From: Chromatiales bacterium
GTDB taxonomy: Bacteria > Pseudomonadota > Gammaproteobacteria > SpSt-1174
Length of the DNA stretch: 64,000 nt
NCBI GenBank assembly: GCA_014762505.1
Contig: JABURS010000018.1
Span: 3,889 to 67,888, forward strand
Direction: 5' to 3'
Shown here: one piece after another, positions 21,036-30,989 of the stretch
Layout: the number at the start of each line of letters is the position of its first letter
Numbering within the stretch: the stretch's first letter is position 1
Program-made: the position numbers and the translations under genes
The notes under the pieces: model-generated
Told to the model about the DNA's origin: nothing
The model's input: the letters and a program-made list of their open reading frames with translations, nothing else
Databases searched by the model: none

Positions 21036-21923
21036 ATGCCGGGACTGGAAGGCCTGATCGAGCGCGGCGAGCGCCTGCTGGCCCGCCTGGAGCAATGGAG
21101 CGGCACCAGCGCCGAGCCCGACTGGACGGCGCTGGCCTTCCAGTGGCAACACGCCGCCGGCCCCTGGCCGGCGGGCGGCCGCGGGCACCTGGCCCCCATC
21201 CACCACCCCCAGGCCGTGCAGCTGGATGACCTCCTGAACATCGAACGCCAGAAGCAGGCCCTGGTGCAGAACACCCGCCAGTTCCTCGCCGGGCTGCCGG
21301 CCAACAACGCCCTGCTCTCCGGCGCACGCGGTACCGGCAAGTCCTCGCTGGTCAAGGCCCTGCTCACCGCCTTCGCCGCCGAGGGGCTGCGCGTCATCGA
21401 GGTGGACAAGGCCCACCTGGTCGAGCTGCCGGCCATCGTCGCACCGCTGCGCGAGCGCCCCGAGCGCTTCCTCATCTACACCGACGACCTCTCCTTCGAG
21501 GCCGACGATGCGGCCTACAAGGCCCTCAAGGCGATACTCGACGGCTCGCTGCAGGCCCCGCCGGACAACGTGCTCATCTATGCCACCTCCAATCGCCGGC
21601 ACCTGATGCCCGAATTCATGGCGGAAAACCAGGCGGCGCGGATGATCGACGGCGAGCTGCACCCGGGCGAGGCCATCGAGGAGAAGGTGTCGCTCTCCGA
21701 ACGCTTCGGGCTATGGCTGTCCTTCTACCCGTTCTCGCAGGGCGATTACCTGGCCGTGGTACGGCACTGGGTCGCGAAGCTGGATGCACGCGGGGATGCG
21801 TTGAAGGGACTGGATGAAAAGGCGGCGGTGCAGTTCGCCACCCAGCGCGGCTCGCGCAGCGGCCGGGTGGCGCGACAGTTCGCCGCGGACTGGGTGGGAA
21901 GCCGGGGGCTGGCGGGGCGCTGA
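21036..21923 (+). CDS. DUF815 family AAA+ ATPase
   Basis: PANNALLSGARGTGKSS, DDLSFE, YATSNRRHL, SLSERFG, RSGR. Confidence 0.92.
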   Translation: MPGLEGLIERGERLLARLEQWSGTSAEPDWTALAFQWQHAAGPWPAGGRGHLAPIHHPQAVQLDDLLNIERQKQALVQNTRQFLAGLPANNALLSGARGTGKSSLVKALLTAFAAEGLRVIEVDKAHLVELPAIVAPLRERPERFLIYTDDLSFEADDAAYKALKAILDGSLQAPPDNVLIYATSNRRHLMPEFMAENQAARMIDGELHPGEAIEEKVSLSERFGLWLSFYPFSQGDYLAVVRHWVAKLDARGDALKGLDEKAAVQFATQRGSRSGRVARQFAADWVGSRGLAGR

Positions 21924-21927
21924 GGCG

Positions 21928-22521
21928 CTACTGCATGGTCCCGCCGGTCACGCTGTTGTAGTACTCCAGGGCCTTCTGGATGGCGAACAGCGGGGCCTCC
22001 TCCACGGACTCCGGCTCGGTGTGCAGGCGCACATCGGAGTAGTATTTGCGGAAGGCCAGCACGTGGATCGGCAGCTCCTTGGCAAAGAGCTCGTTGTGGT
22101 CGACGAAATGCTGCGCCAGGGCGATCACGGCCTGCGCCCGTTCCCGGGCCGACATCCCCGCCGAACAGGCCACCGCCACCTTCGGCATCTCCTGGGCACT
22201 GCCGGTGACCTCCACCGTCATCGCGTTGCCCGGCTGCTCCGGCTCACCCAGCTGCAGGTCCTTGTGGATGATGGTGTGACCCTTGGCACGGATGTGCTCG
22301 TAGGGCTGGTGTATCTTGCTCGACATGTTCACCGCCCAGAGATCCACGATCTCCTTGAGCTCCTCCGCGGCCACGTCGTTGCCCAGCTCGAACAGCGTCT
22401 GGGCAAGCAGCATGTCCCATACCCAGACCTGCCCGTACTCCGGCAGATCACCCTCCTGTGCCACCGCGATCACGGGGCTGTCGGACGGTTTGGCAGGCAG
22501 GGTCAGCTTGAACGTCACCAC
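21928..22521 (-). CDS. Hypothetical protein
   Basis: GTG start behind AGGAGG; native codon bias; no family recognised. Confidence 0.7.
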   Translation of the reverse strand: MVTFKLTLPAKPSDSPVIAVAQEGDLPEYGQVWVWDMLLAQTLFELGNDVAAEELKEIVDLWAVNMSSKIHQPYEHIRAKGHTIIHKDLQLGEPEQPGNAMTVEVTGSAQEMPKVAVACSAGMSARERAQAVIALAQHFVDHNELFAKELPIHVLAFRKYYSDVRLHTEPESVEEAPLFAIQKALEYYNSVTGGTMQ

Positions 22522-22673
22522 GGAATGGCCTCCTGGGTCTGAATTTGGCGTCGGGGCAGTATACCACCCGCAATCCAGGTACCGGGAAATTTGCCCATGC
22601 CCGCAGAAACTGTGAGTGCTCTCACGTTTCCCCCGGGCCCGACCCGCCACAATACCCTCCAGACAGCCACACA

Positions 22674-22747
22674 CCTGAAACAGGGCAAACCCGTCGGAAG
22701 GCGGGGACGCAAAGCCACCGGTCCACTGGGATAGCGGGGTTGCCAGG
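22674..22747 (+). promoter_or_regulatory. c-di-GMP-I (GEMM-I) riboswitch
   Basis: CAGGGCAAACCCGTC-GGAA-GGCGGGGACGCAAAGCCACCGGTC...GATAGCGGGGTTGCC matches GEMM-I consensus; P1 CCTG/CAGG. Confidence 0.92.
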
Positions 22748-22753
22748 ATGAAC

Positions 22754-23116
22754 ATGACGAACCGACTCAAACAGGCACTCATCACCACCCTACTGCTCGC
22801 AGCGGCGTCCGCGTCGGTCCACGCGGCAGAGGGCACCGGGACCTTCCCGGCCATCTCCCCCGATTACCACGAGAGCCCCTCGTTCTTCAGCGACGTGGGC
22901 GGGCGTGCCCTGCAGCTGGTCGGCTCGACCGCGCAGGTCTTCAACCGCAAGCTCGCGCATTCCATCAGCACCAGCAGCTTCCGCATGACCCCGGCCGACC
23001 TGCCGGCCCCGGAGAACTGGGACTACGAATACTGGGACTACGTGAAGGAACCCAAGAGCTACGTCATGCCCACCATGGAAGGCGGGCTGATGTTCGAGGT
23101 CCAGATCAAGTACTGA
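22754..23116 (+). CDS. Secreted hypothetical protein under riboswitch
   Basis: Sec signal (..ASVHA); C-terminal LMFEVQIKY; alternative start 22748. Confidence 0.75.
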   Translation: MTNRLKQALITTLLLAAASASVHAAEGTGTFPAISPDYHESPSFFSDVGGRALQLVGSTAQVFNRKLAHSISTSSFRMTPADLPAPENWDYEYWDYVKEPKSYVMPTMEGGLMFEVQIKY

Positions 23117-23720
23117 TCCCGGCGCGGGCGCGCGCCGCCGCGCCCCGCCGCCACCACCCCGCCAGACGCACCCCCAGCAGGACCGCCAGGATCAGCGCGT
23201 AGACCAGCGGCTCGCGCACGTCCGCCTTCACCAGCCACCAGAAGTGAAGCACGCCCAGGATCGCCACCGGGTACACCAGCCGGTGCAGCGTCTTCCAGCG
23301 CCGGCCCAGGCGCCGCTGCATGCCCCGCGTCGAGGTCAGCGCCAGCGGCACCAAGCCGAGGAAGGCCAGCATGCCCAACGTGATGAACGGCCGCTCGATC
23401 ACATCCTCCACAATCCTTCCCCAGGCGAAGAACTGGTCCAGCCAGAGATAGGTGAGCAGGTGCAGGCAGGCATAAAAGAAGGCAAACAGGCCCACCATGC
23501 GCCGCAGCCGCAACGGCCAGGCCCAGCCGGATAAACGCCGCAACGGTGTCAGGGCCAGCGTTGCCAGCAGCAGCCGCAGGGTCCAGTCCCCCGTGTGGTG
23601 CGTGACCATCTCGATCGGGTTCACCCCGAGCCCACCCGTGAAGCCGTCATAGACCAGCAAGGCCAGCGGCAGCAGGCAGAGACTGAAGATGGCGGGTTTT
23701 AGTAGCGCCTTTGGCTGCAT
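23106..23720 (-). CDS. msrQ: Methionine sulfoxide reductase haem subunit
   Basis: NPIE..HHTG, TPLR, RRMVGL, W..LHRLVY, HFWW. Confidence 0.95.
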   Translation of the reverse strand: MQPKALLKPAIFSLCLLPLALLVYDGFTGGLGVNPIEMVTHHTGDWTLRLLLATLALTPLRRLSGWAWPLRLRRMVGLFAFFYACLHLLTYLWLDQFFAWGRIVEDVIERPFITLGMLAFLGLVPLALTSTRGMQRRLGRRWKTLHRLVYPVAILGVLHFWWLVKADVREPLVYALILAVLLGVRLAGWWRRGAAARARAGIST

Positions 23721-23761
23721 GATGGGTTTTGCGTTTTGGACGTCAGGCGAAAAGTCTGGGC

Positions 23762-23835
23762 GCCACCGAGGGCACAGCGTACACAGAGGCAACCCGGGCT
23801 AGTTCTTCCTCTGTGATCTCTGTGCCCTCGGCGGC
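23762..23835. repeat. Long imperfect palindrome built from CACAG(AG) units (REP-like)
   Basis: GCCACCGAGGGCACAG..CACAGAGG / CCTCTGTG..CTGTGCCCTCGGCGGC. Confidence 0.75.
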
Positions 23836-23895
23836 TAAACCGTCTTCACGTCACACACGCGCCCCTCCTCACGCCTCTCTCTCCCCGCGCCCCAC

Positions 23896-24834
23896 TCAGA
23901 AGTTCCTGCGCAGGTCCATCCCGGCATACAGCGACGCCACCTGCTCGCCATAGCCGTTGAACAGCAGCGTGTCGCGCTTGCGGAACTCGCCGATGCGCCG
24001 TTCGGTAGCCTGGCTCCAGCGCGGGTGATCGACCTCGGGGTTCACGTTGGAATAAAAACCGTATTCGCGCGGGGCGGCCTTCATCCAGCTGCTGACCGGC
24101 TGCTCCTCGACGAAGCGGATACTCACGATGGACTTGATGCTCTTGAAGCCGTATTTCCACGGCACCACCAGCCGCAGCGGCGCGCCGTTCTGGTTCGGGA
24201 GCACGTCGCCATAGAGCCCGACCGCCAGGATGGTGAGCGGATGCATGGCCTCGTCCATGCGCAGCCCCTCCACGTAGGGCCAGTCCAGCACCTTTACGCG
24301 CTGGCCCGGCAGCATCTTCGGGTCATGCAGGGTCGTGAATTCGACATACTTCGCACGCGAGGTCGGCCGGGCCCGACGGATCACCTCGGCCAGAGGGAAG
24401 CCCACCCAGGGGATGACCATGGACCAGCCCTCCACGCAGCGCAGGCGATAGATGCGCTCCTCCAGGGCATGCGGGCGGATGAAGTCGTCGATGTCATAGA
24501 CGGCCGGTTTCTCGCACTCGCCCGCCACCGCCACCGACCAGGGACGCGGTTTCAGGTGCCCCGCAAAGCGCGCCGGGTCACGCTTGCCGGTGCCAAGCTC
24601 GTAGAAATTGTTGTAGTGCGTGACATCATGCAGTGAATTGGGCTTCTCGTCGGTGGAGAGCGGGCTGGCCGGTACGCCACCGAAGGCGGAGGCACGGGCC
24701 GTCACCACACTGCCCAACCCCGCCAGGGCCAGCCCGGCGCCCAGCGCGGACTTGAGGAAATCGCGGCGCTTCAGATACAGCGAGCGGGGCGTGATTTCGG
24801 AGGAAGGGATGTCCGTCGGGGGTCGAATCAGCAT
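23896..24834 (-). CDS. msrP: Methionine sulfoxide reductase molybdo-subunit
   Basis: SEITP, Tat [36 protein letters not shown]. Confidence 0.96.
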   Translation of the reverse strand: MLIRPPTDIPSSEITPRSLYLKRRDFLKSALGAGLALAGLGSVVTARASAFGGVPASPLSTDEKPNSLHDVTHYNNFYELGTGKRDPARFAGHLKPRPWSVAVAGECEKPAVYDIDDFIRPHALEERIYRLRCVEGWSMVIPWVGFPLAEVIRRARPTSRAKYVEFTTLHDPKMLPGQRVKVLDWPYVEGLRMDEAMHPLTILAVGLYGDVLPNQNGAPLRLVVPWKYGFKSIKSIVSIRFVEEQPVSSWMKAAPREYGFYSNVNPEVDHPRWSQATERRIGEFRKRDTLLFNGYGEQVASLYAGMDLRRNF

Positions 24835-25060
24835 GGCTTGCCTCGTTGTCGGGTATACGGTGGTGGCAGGGTCTATTCCAGTTGGACGCAGCCACCCCGC
24901 CGTGGTTCCCCCTATCCAGCAGATGGTATTGCACGAAATCATATGCCGGAAAATCCATAAAATTTATTGCGGGCTGATAAAAATATTTTGGTGTTCGACA
25001 ACCGGCAATATCGGTATATATCCGCGCAATTGAGACCCCAACACAGGCGAGGATCCTTTC

Positions 25061-25264
25061 ATGGCCAACGTGAATGAATCGATGCTCCTGGATGACATGG
25101 ACGACACCGCGAGCACGCTGGAAGCCGTCAATGACGACAAGTCGAAGGACCGGTCGCGTGCCCGCCGCTCGCTCGAGGAATACCTCGAGAAAAAGGCGCT
25201 GAAGTCCCGTCTGCGCGACACCTATCGCGATGACAACCTGGACCTGAGCGAGCTGGGCTGGTAA
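25061..25264 (+). CDS. Small acidic protein, PA3496-like
   Basis: SD GAGGA; ARRSLEEYLEKKALKSRL; followed by terminator. Confidence 0.7.
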   Translation: MANVNESMLLDDMDDTASTLEAVNDDKSKDRSRARRSLEEYLEKKALKSRLRDTYRDDNLDLSELGW

Positions 25265-25299
25265 CAGCCCCCTGAACGGCACGGAACTGCACGGCTGAC

Positions 25300-25333
25300 A
25301 AAAAGGCCCCCGACTCGCGTCGGGGGCCTTTTT
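25300..25333. terminator. Bidirectional terminator
   Basis: A5-GGCCCCCGAC-TCGC-GTCGGGGGCC-T5 between convergent genes. Confidence 0.9.
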
Positions 25334-25356
25334 CGTATCGGCGACACATCCGGTCA

Positions 25357-28300
25357 CTAGCCGACCCACACCCGCGCATTGCGGAACATGCGCAGCCAGG
25401 GGCCCTCCTCGCCCCAGTCCCCCGGGTGCCAGGAATACTGCACGGCGCGGAACACGCGCTCGGGGTGCGGCATCATGATCGTGAAGCGCCCGTCCTCGGT
25501 GGTGAGACCGGTGATGCCCGCCGGCGAGCCGTTGGGGTTTTCCGGATAGTGCTCGGTGGCCTGGCCGTGGTTGTCCACGTAGCGCAGCGCCACCAGCCCC
25601 GCATCCTGCGCGGCGGCCGGCGAACCGGCATCGAACACCGCGCGACCCTCGCCGTGTGCCACCGCGATGGGCAGCCGCGAGCCCTGCATGCCCTGGAGGA
25701 AGATGGAGGGGCTCTCCAGCACCTCCACCAGGCTCAGGCGCGCCTCGAACTGTTCGGAGCGGTTGCGCATGAAGCGCGGCCAGTGGCCGGCGCCCGGGAT
25801 CAGCTCGCGCAGCTGGGAGAAGGCCTGGCAGCCGTTGCACACGCCCAGTCCGAAGCTGTCATCGCGCCGGAAGAAGGCCTCGAAGGCATCGCGTGCCTGC
25901 GGATTGAAGAGGATGGACTTGGCCCAGCCACCACCGGCCCCCAGCACGTCGCCGTAGGAGAAACCGCCGCAGGCCACCAGGCCCTTGTACTCGGCCAGGT
26001 CCACCGCACCGGCGATGACGTCCGACATGTGCACGTCCACCGGGGCGAAGCCCGCGCGGTGGAAGGCTGCCGCCATCTCCACCTGCCCGTTCACCCCCTG
26101 CTCGCGCAGGATCGCCACCTGGGGCCGCACACCGGTGTTGATGTATGGCGCGGCCACGTCCTCGGTGAGTTCGAAGCCGAGCACGGGGGACAGGCCCGGA
26201 TCGTCCTGCGCGATGCGCTCGAACTCCTGGGCCGCACAGTCGGCGTTGTCGCGCAGGGCCTGCAGGCGGTAACTGGTCTCGCTCCAGGCCTGCTGCAGGG
26301 CAACGCGCGTGTTCTCGTAGATCACCTTTCCGCCGTGGCTGATCACCAGTGCATCCCGGCTGTTCAGACCGCCGATCACGTGGGTGTAATGCGCAAGGCC
26401 GTTCTGGTGCAGCGCCTCCAGCACGGCGTCGAGATCGGCGTGGCGCACCTGGAGCACGGCGCCCAGCTCCTCGTTGAAGAGCGCGGCCACCGGGTCGTCG
26501 CCCAGGTCGTCGAGCTGCAGGTCCACCCCCGTGTGGCCGGCAAAGGCCATCTCGCAGACCGTCGCCAGCAGGCCGCCGTCGGAGCGGTCGTGGTAGGCCA
26601 GCAGCAGGCCATCGCGATTGAGGTCCTGGATGGCGCGGAAGAAGGCACGCATGGCCTCGGGACTGTCGAGATCCGGGGCGTGGTGACCCACCTGCTTGTA
26701 GACCTGCGCCAGGGCGGAGCCCGCCATGCGCTGCGAGCCGCGACCGAGATCGATGAGGATCAGGTCGCTGTCGCCGACGTCGGTGCGCAGCTGCGGGGTG
26801 AGGGTGCGGCGCACGTCGGTCACCGGGGCAAAGGCCGAGATGATGAGCGACAGCGGTCCGGTGACGGCCCGCTGCTCGCCGCCCTCCTCCCAGACGGTCT
26901 TCATGGACAAGGAGTCCTTGCCCACCGGTATGGCCAGGCCCAGGGCCGGGCACAATTCCTCGCCGATGGTCTTCACCGTATCGAACAGGGCGGCATCCTC
27001 GCCCGGATGGCCGGCGGCGGCCATCCAGTTGGCCGACAGGCGCACGTCGGCGAGCTCGCCGATGGCGGCGGCCGCGATGTTGGTAAGCGCCTCGCCCAGA
27101 GCCATGCGCCCGGAGGCCGGGGCGTGCACCAGCGCGATCGGCGTGCGTTCGCCCATGGCCATGGCCTCACCGGCGTGCCCCTTGTAGTCGGCGCAGGTCA
27201 CGGCCACGTCGGCCACCGGCACCTGCCAGGGGCCGACCATCTGGTCGCGTGTGACCATGCCGGTGACGGTGCGATCACCGATGGTGATGAGAAAGGACTT
27301 GGATGCCACCGACGGCAGGCGCAGCACGCGTTCCACCGCATCGGCGACGTCGACCTTCGAGGTATCGAACTCGGGCTTCGGGAAAGGGTGGTGATGCACG
27401 TCGCGCAGCATCTTCGGCGCCTTGCCAAGCAGCACCTCCAGCGGCAGGTTGACCGGCTCGTTCTCGAAGTGGGCGTCGCCCACCAGCAGCTCCTGCTCCT
27501 GGGTGGTCTGGCCGACCACGGCATAGGGGCAGCGCTCACGCTCGCAGAGGCGCTCGAAGGCCTCCAGGCGCTCGGGGGCAATGGCCAGCACGTAGCGTTC
27601 CTGGGCCTCGTTGCACCAGATCTCCATCGGCGACATGCCGGGCTCGTCGCAGGGCACGGTGCGCAGCTCGAAGCGCCCGCCGCGGCCGGCGTCGTTGATG
27701 ATCTCGGGGATGGCGTTGGACAGGCCGCCCGCGCCCACGTCGTGGATGGACAGGATCGGGCTGTCGATACCCATGGCGGTGCAACGGTCGATCACCTCCT
27801 GGGCGCGACGCTGCATCTCCGGGTTGCCGCGCTGCACGGAGGCGAAATCGAGGTCCTCGGTGCTCTCGCCGCTGGCCATGGACGAGGCCGCCCCACCGCC
27901 CAGGCCGATCAGCATGGCCGGGCCGCCCAGCACCACGATGGGCGTACCCTCGGGCAGGCGGCGCTTCTCCACGTGTGTCCCGCGGATGTTGCCCACCCCA
28001 CCGGCGAGCATGATCGGCTTGTGATAGCCGCGGATCTCCTCGCCGGTCGGACCCGGCACCTTCTCCTCGAAGGTGCGGAAATAGCCGGCGATGTTCGGCC
28101 GGCCGAACTCATTGTTGAAGGCGGCGGCCCCGATCGGACCCTCCAGCATGATCTCCAGCGCCGAGGCGATGCGCGCCGGCTTGCCGTGGTCCGTCTCCCA
28201 GGGCTGCTCGAAGCCCGGGATGCGCAGGTTGGAGACCGAGAAGCCGCACAGCCCGGCCTTGGGCTTGCTGCCCGAGCCGGTGGCGCCCTCGTCGCGGATC

Positions 28301-29235
28301 TCCCCGCCTGCGCCGGTGGCGGCACCCGGGAAGGGCGAGATTGCCGTCGGGTGATTGTGGGTCTCCACCTTCATCAGCATGTGGACGTCCTCGTCCACGT
28401 AGTCGTACTCGCCGGTGGCCGGGTCCGGGAAGAAGCGGCTGGCCGGCGAGCCCTTCACGATGGAGGCATTGTCCTTGTAGGCCGACAGCACACCGTTGGG
28501 CGACTTGTTGTAGGTGTTGCGGATCATCGCAAACAGCGACTTGGGCTGGCGCTCGCCGTCGATGATCCAGTCGGCATTGAAGATCTTGTGGCGGCAGTGT
28601 TCCGAGTTCGCCTGGGCGAACATCATCAGCTCCACATCGGTGGGATTGCGCCCAAGCTCCTGGTAGTTCTCCGCCAGGTAGTCGATCTCGTCGTCGGACA
28701 GTGCCAGACCCAGCTCGCGGTTGGCCGTCGCCAGTGCCACGCGGGCATCGCCCGCGATGTCCACCGTGCGCAGCGGGCGCGGCGCCTCGCGCACGAACAG
28801 GCGCTCCGCCTCGGCAAGCTCGTGGAACACCCGCTCGATCATGCGGTCGTGGATCAGGGGCCGGACCCGGGTCAGGACGGCGTCATCGAACTCGCCGGTC
28901 AGGTAGTAGGCGATACCACGCTCGATGCGATGGATCGCCGACAACCCGCAGTTATGGGCGATGTCGGTGGCCTTGCTCGCCCAGGGCGAGATGGTGCCGG
29001 GACGGGGGATCACCAGGCAGAGCCGGCCTTCCGGGGCCGCCGCCGGGGCCTCGCCATAGTCCAGCAGGCGCGCCAGCACGGTCTGCTCCTCCGCGCTCAG
29101 GGCCCGGTCGGTGTCGACGAAATGGACATAGGCCGCCGTCAGGTCCAGGACCTCCGGCGCCACGGTGCGGATGGATTCCAGCAGGCGGGTGCGGCGAAAC
29201 GCCGAGAGCGCCGCGCTTCCAGTGATTACGAGCAT
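25357..29235 (-). CDS. purL: Phosphoribosylformylglycinamidine synthase (large type)
   Basis: [39 protein letters not shown]. Confidence 0.98.
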   Translation of the reverse strand: MLVITGSAALSAFRRTRLLESIRTVAPEVLDLTAAYVHFVDTDRALSAEEQTVLARLLDYGEAPAAAPEGRLCLVIPRPGTISPWASKATDIAHNCGLSAIHRIERGIAYYLTGEFDDAVLTRVRPLIHDRMIERVFHELAEAERLFVREAPRPLRTVDIAGDARVALATANRELGLALSDDEIDYLAENYQELGRNPTDVELMMFAQANSEHCRHKIFNADWIIDGERQPKSLFAMIRNTYNKSPNGVLSAYKDNASIVKGSPASRFFPDPATGEYDYVDEDVHMLMKVETHNHPTAISPFPGAATGAGGEIRDEGATGSGSKPKAGLCGFSVSNLRIPGFEQPWETDHGKPARIASALEIMLEGPIGAAAFNNEFGRPNIAGYFRTFEEKVPGPTGEEIRGYHKPIMLAGGVGNIRGTHVEKRRLPEGTPIVVLGGPAMLIGLGGGAASSMASGESTEDLDFASVQRGNPEMQRRAQEVIDRCTAMGIDSPILSIHDVGAGGLSNAIPEIINDAGRGGRFELRTVPCDEPGMSPMEIWCNEAQERYVLAIAPERLEAFERLCERERCPYAVVGQTTQEQELLVGDAHFENEPVNLPLEVLLGKAPKMLRDVHHHPFPKPEFDTSKVDVADAVERVLRLPSVASKSFLITIGDRTVTGMVTRDQMVGPWQVPVADVAVTCADYKGHAGEAMAMGERTPIALVHAPASGRMALGEALTNIAAAAIGELADVRLSANWMAAAGHPGEDAALFDTVKTIGEELCPALGLAIPVGKDSLSMKTVWEEGGEQRAVTGPLSLIISAFAPVTDVRRTLTPQLRTDVGDSDLILIDLGRGSQRMAGSALAQVYKQVGHHAPDLDSPEAMRAFFRAIQDLNRDGLLLAYHDRSDGGLLATVCEMAFAGHTGVDLQLDDLGDDPVAALFNEELGAVLQVRHADLDAVLEALHQNGLAHYTHVIGGLNSRDALVISHGGKVIYENTRVALQQAWSETSYRLQALRDNADCAAQEFERIAQDDPGLSPVLGFELTEDVAAPYINTGVRPQVAILREQGVNGQVEMAAAFHRAGFAPVDVHMSDVIAGAVDLAEYKGLVACGGFSYGDVLGAGGGWAKSILFNPQARDAFEAFFRRDDSFGLGVCNGCQAFSQLRELIPGAGHWPRFMRNRSEQFEARLSLVEVLESPSIFLQGMQGSRLPIAVAHGEGRAVFDAGSPAAAQDAGLVALRYVDNHGQATEHYPENPNGSPAGITGLTTEDGRFTIMMPHPERVFRAVQYSWHPGDWGEEGPWLRMFRNARVWVG

Positions 29236-29307
29236 GATTCCCCAGGTCCGGCAAGCATCGAAAAAGAGCCGAAATGATAAAGGAAACGCCCTTCCCACGC
29301 ACGCCGG

Positions 29308-29336
29308 ATGACAGGGAACCTGCCGGCAGTTACACT
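29308..29336 (+). promoter_or_regulatory. sigma70 promoter of ssrA
   Basis: ATGACA-17 nt-TACACT. Confidence 0.65.
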
Positions 29337-29354
29337 GTCATACGTATCAACCAC

Positions 29355-29713
29355 GGGGGCGACACGGCTTCGACGTGGGTTACAAAACCTGAGGTGCATG
29401 CCGAGGTGACAGCGTAGCCTCGTAAATCCAACTGCTGTATGTAAATAGTTGCCAACGACGACAACTACGCTCTCGCGGCCTAATTAGCCGCTTGCCTTTG
29501 CCCGTCTGTGCCCATGCGGGTGGAACAAAGGTCATATACATGGGATCGCGGTGAGGTCTGCCTTGGAGCCGACCCGTTAAATCCAAATCCGGGCTCGCCT
29601 TGCATGTCCATGTTCGTCGGGACATGCCGGGTTAAAACAAAGACGAAACTAAGCATGTAGTACCAAGGGCAGAGGGCTCGCGGACGCGGGTTCGATTCCC
29701 GCCGCCTCCACCA
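29355..29713 (+). ncRNA. ssrA: tmRNA; tag ANDDNYALAA at 29451-29483
   Basis: 5' GGGGGCGA..TTCGAC; tag reading frame; 3' GGGTTCGATTCCCGCCGCCTCCACCA. Confidence 0.98.
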
Positions 29714-29716
29714 AAC

Positions 29717-29748
29717 AAAAGGCCACCCCACAAGGGTGGCCTTTTTTT
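29717..29748 (+). terminator. ssrA terminator
   Basis: GGCCACCC-CACAA-GGGTGGCC-T7. Confidence 0.9.
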
Positions 29749-29859
29749 GTGGGCGATTCCTGATCCATCCTGGTCGAAGTGGCCCATGGATGGCTTTTCT
29801 GTACGTCAGAATCTGACTATCGTGTACCAGATGACACCAGGCAGTCAGGACTCTCCTCC

Positions 29860-30480
29860 ATGAATGATTGCTGCAACGACAAGGCCTGCGAGATCGAGGC
29901 GCTGCATGGCCGCCAGCGTTCGACGCTGCTGATCGTGCTGGCCATCAATGCCGTGATGTTCGCCGTGGAACTGACGGCCGGGCTGCTCGCCGGCTCGGTC
30001 TCGCTGGTGGCGGACTCGCTGGACATGCTGGGCGATGCCCTGGTGTATGGCTTCAGCCTCTACGTGATCGCGCGCGGTGCGCGGATGAAGGCCATGGCCG
30101 CCCTGGTGAAGGGCGGGATCATGGCAGCCTTCGGGCTGTTCGTGCTGGGACAGGCGGTTTACCGGATCCTGGTGCCGCAGCTGCCGGTGGTCGAGGCGAT
30201 GGGGGCCATCGGCCTGCTCGCGCTGGCGGCCAACGCCCTGTGCCTGGCCCTGCTCTGGCGGCATCGGACCGACGACCTCAACATGCACTCCGTCTGGCTC
30301 TGCTCGCGCAACGACATCATCGCGAACCTGTCGGTGCTGGTGGCAGCCCTGGGCGTGTGGCTGGCCGGCTCGGGCTGGCCGGACATCCTCGTCGGCCTGG
30401 CCCTGGCCCTGCTGTTCCTGCGTTCGGCGCTGCAGGTGCTGCGCGCATCCCTCGCGGAGCTGCGCACCGCCCGCGCCTGA
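29860..30480 (+). CDS. Cation diffusion facilitator (CzcD-like, no C-terminal domain)
   Basis: ADSLDMLGD, SVWLCSRND, WPD; N-terminal CC..C. Confidence 0.88.
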   Translation: MNDCCNDKACEIEALHGRQRSTLLIVLAINAVMFAVELTAGLLAGSVSLVADSLDMLGDALVYGFSLYVIARGARMKAMAALVKGGIMAAFGLFVLGQAVYRILVPQLPVVEAMGAIGLLALAANALCLALLWRHRTDDLNMHSVWLCSRNDIIANLSVLVAALGVWLAGSGWPDILVGLALALLFLRSALQVLRASLAELRTARA

Positions 30481-30605
30481 CGGTCCCGTGGTGCGACAAA
30501 GTCGCCCGGGGACAAAAAAGTGACGGGGTTCTTTCCCTTCGCCGGTCAATATCAGCAAAATCCGGTGCTATATACCCATCAATCACCCCATGAGGATGCC
30601 CTGTC

Positions 30606-30962
30606 ATGATGCACGCTACCCGCCTGCGCCGCGCCGTCGTCTTCCCCCTGGTCATCACCTTTCTGCTCGGTGGCCTGGTGGGCCAGACTGCGGTGGCCGG
30701 CATGATCGGCACCGATGCCGTACTCGCCGAGCGGGCCGAGCTGGACGAGCGCGCCAGGATTCAGGCCCTGCTCGATCGCGAGGACGTGCAGGAAAAGCTG
30801 GTGGAATACGGTGTCTCGCCGGAGACAGCGGCCGAGCGCGTCGCGGCGATGACCCGCGAGGAAGTGCAGAAAATGGCGCAGGACATCGACGAACTGCCCG
30901 CAGGCGGCAGCGCCGTGACCCTGCTGCTGGTGATCATCATCCTGCTCCTGCTGCTGCGCTAG
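30606..30962 (+). CDS. PA2779 family protein
   Basis: Signal, AGMIGT, LDREDVQ..L..GV, RVAAMT, LPAGG plus hydrophobic tail. Confidence 0.8.
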   Translation: MMHATRLRRAVVFPLVITFLLGGLVGQTAVAGMIGTDAVLAERAELDERARIQALLDREDVQEKLVEYGVSPETAAERVAAMTREEVQKMAQDIDELPAGGSAVTLLLVIIILLLLLR

Positions 30963-30989
30963 GCAGGCCTACCCCCACCAGCGCCCCCG

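Noticed and set aside
25426-29277. Very long antisense ORFs (also opposite gltX, ettA, P-type ATPase, polB)
   Set aside because: Shadow ORFs expected from high-GC codon bias
30548-30559. AATATCAGYAAA shared with the dsrE upstream region (~53757-53768, minus)
   Set aside because: Only two copies at different promoter positions; could be chance
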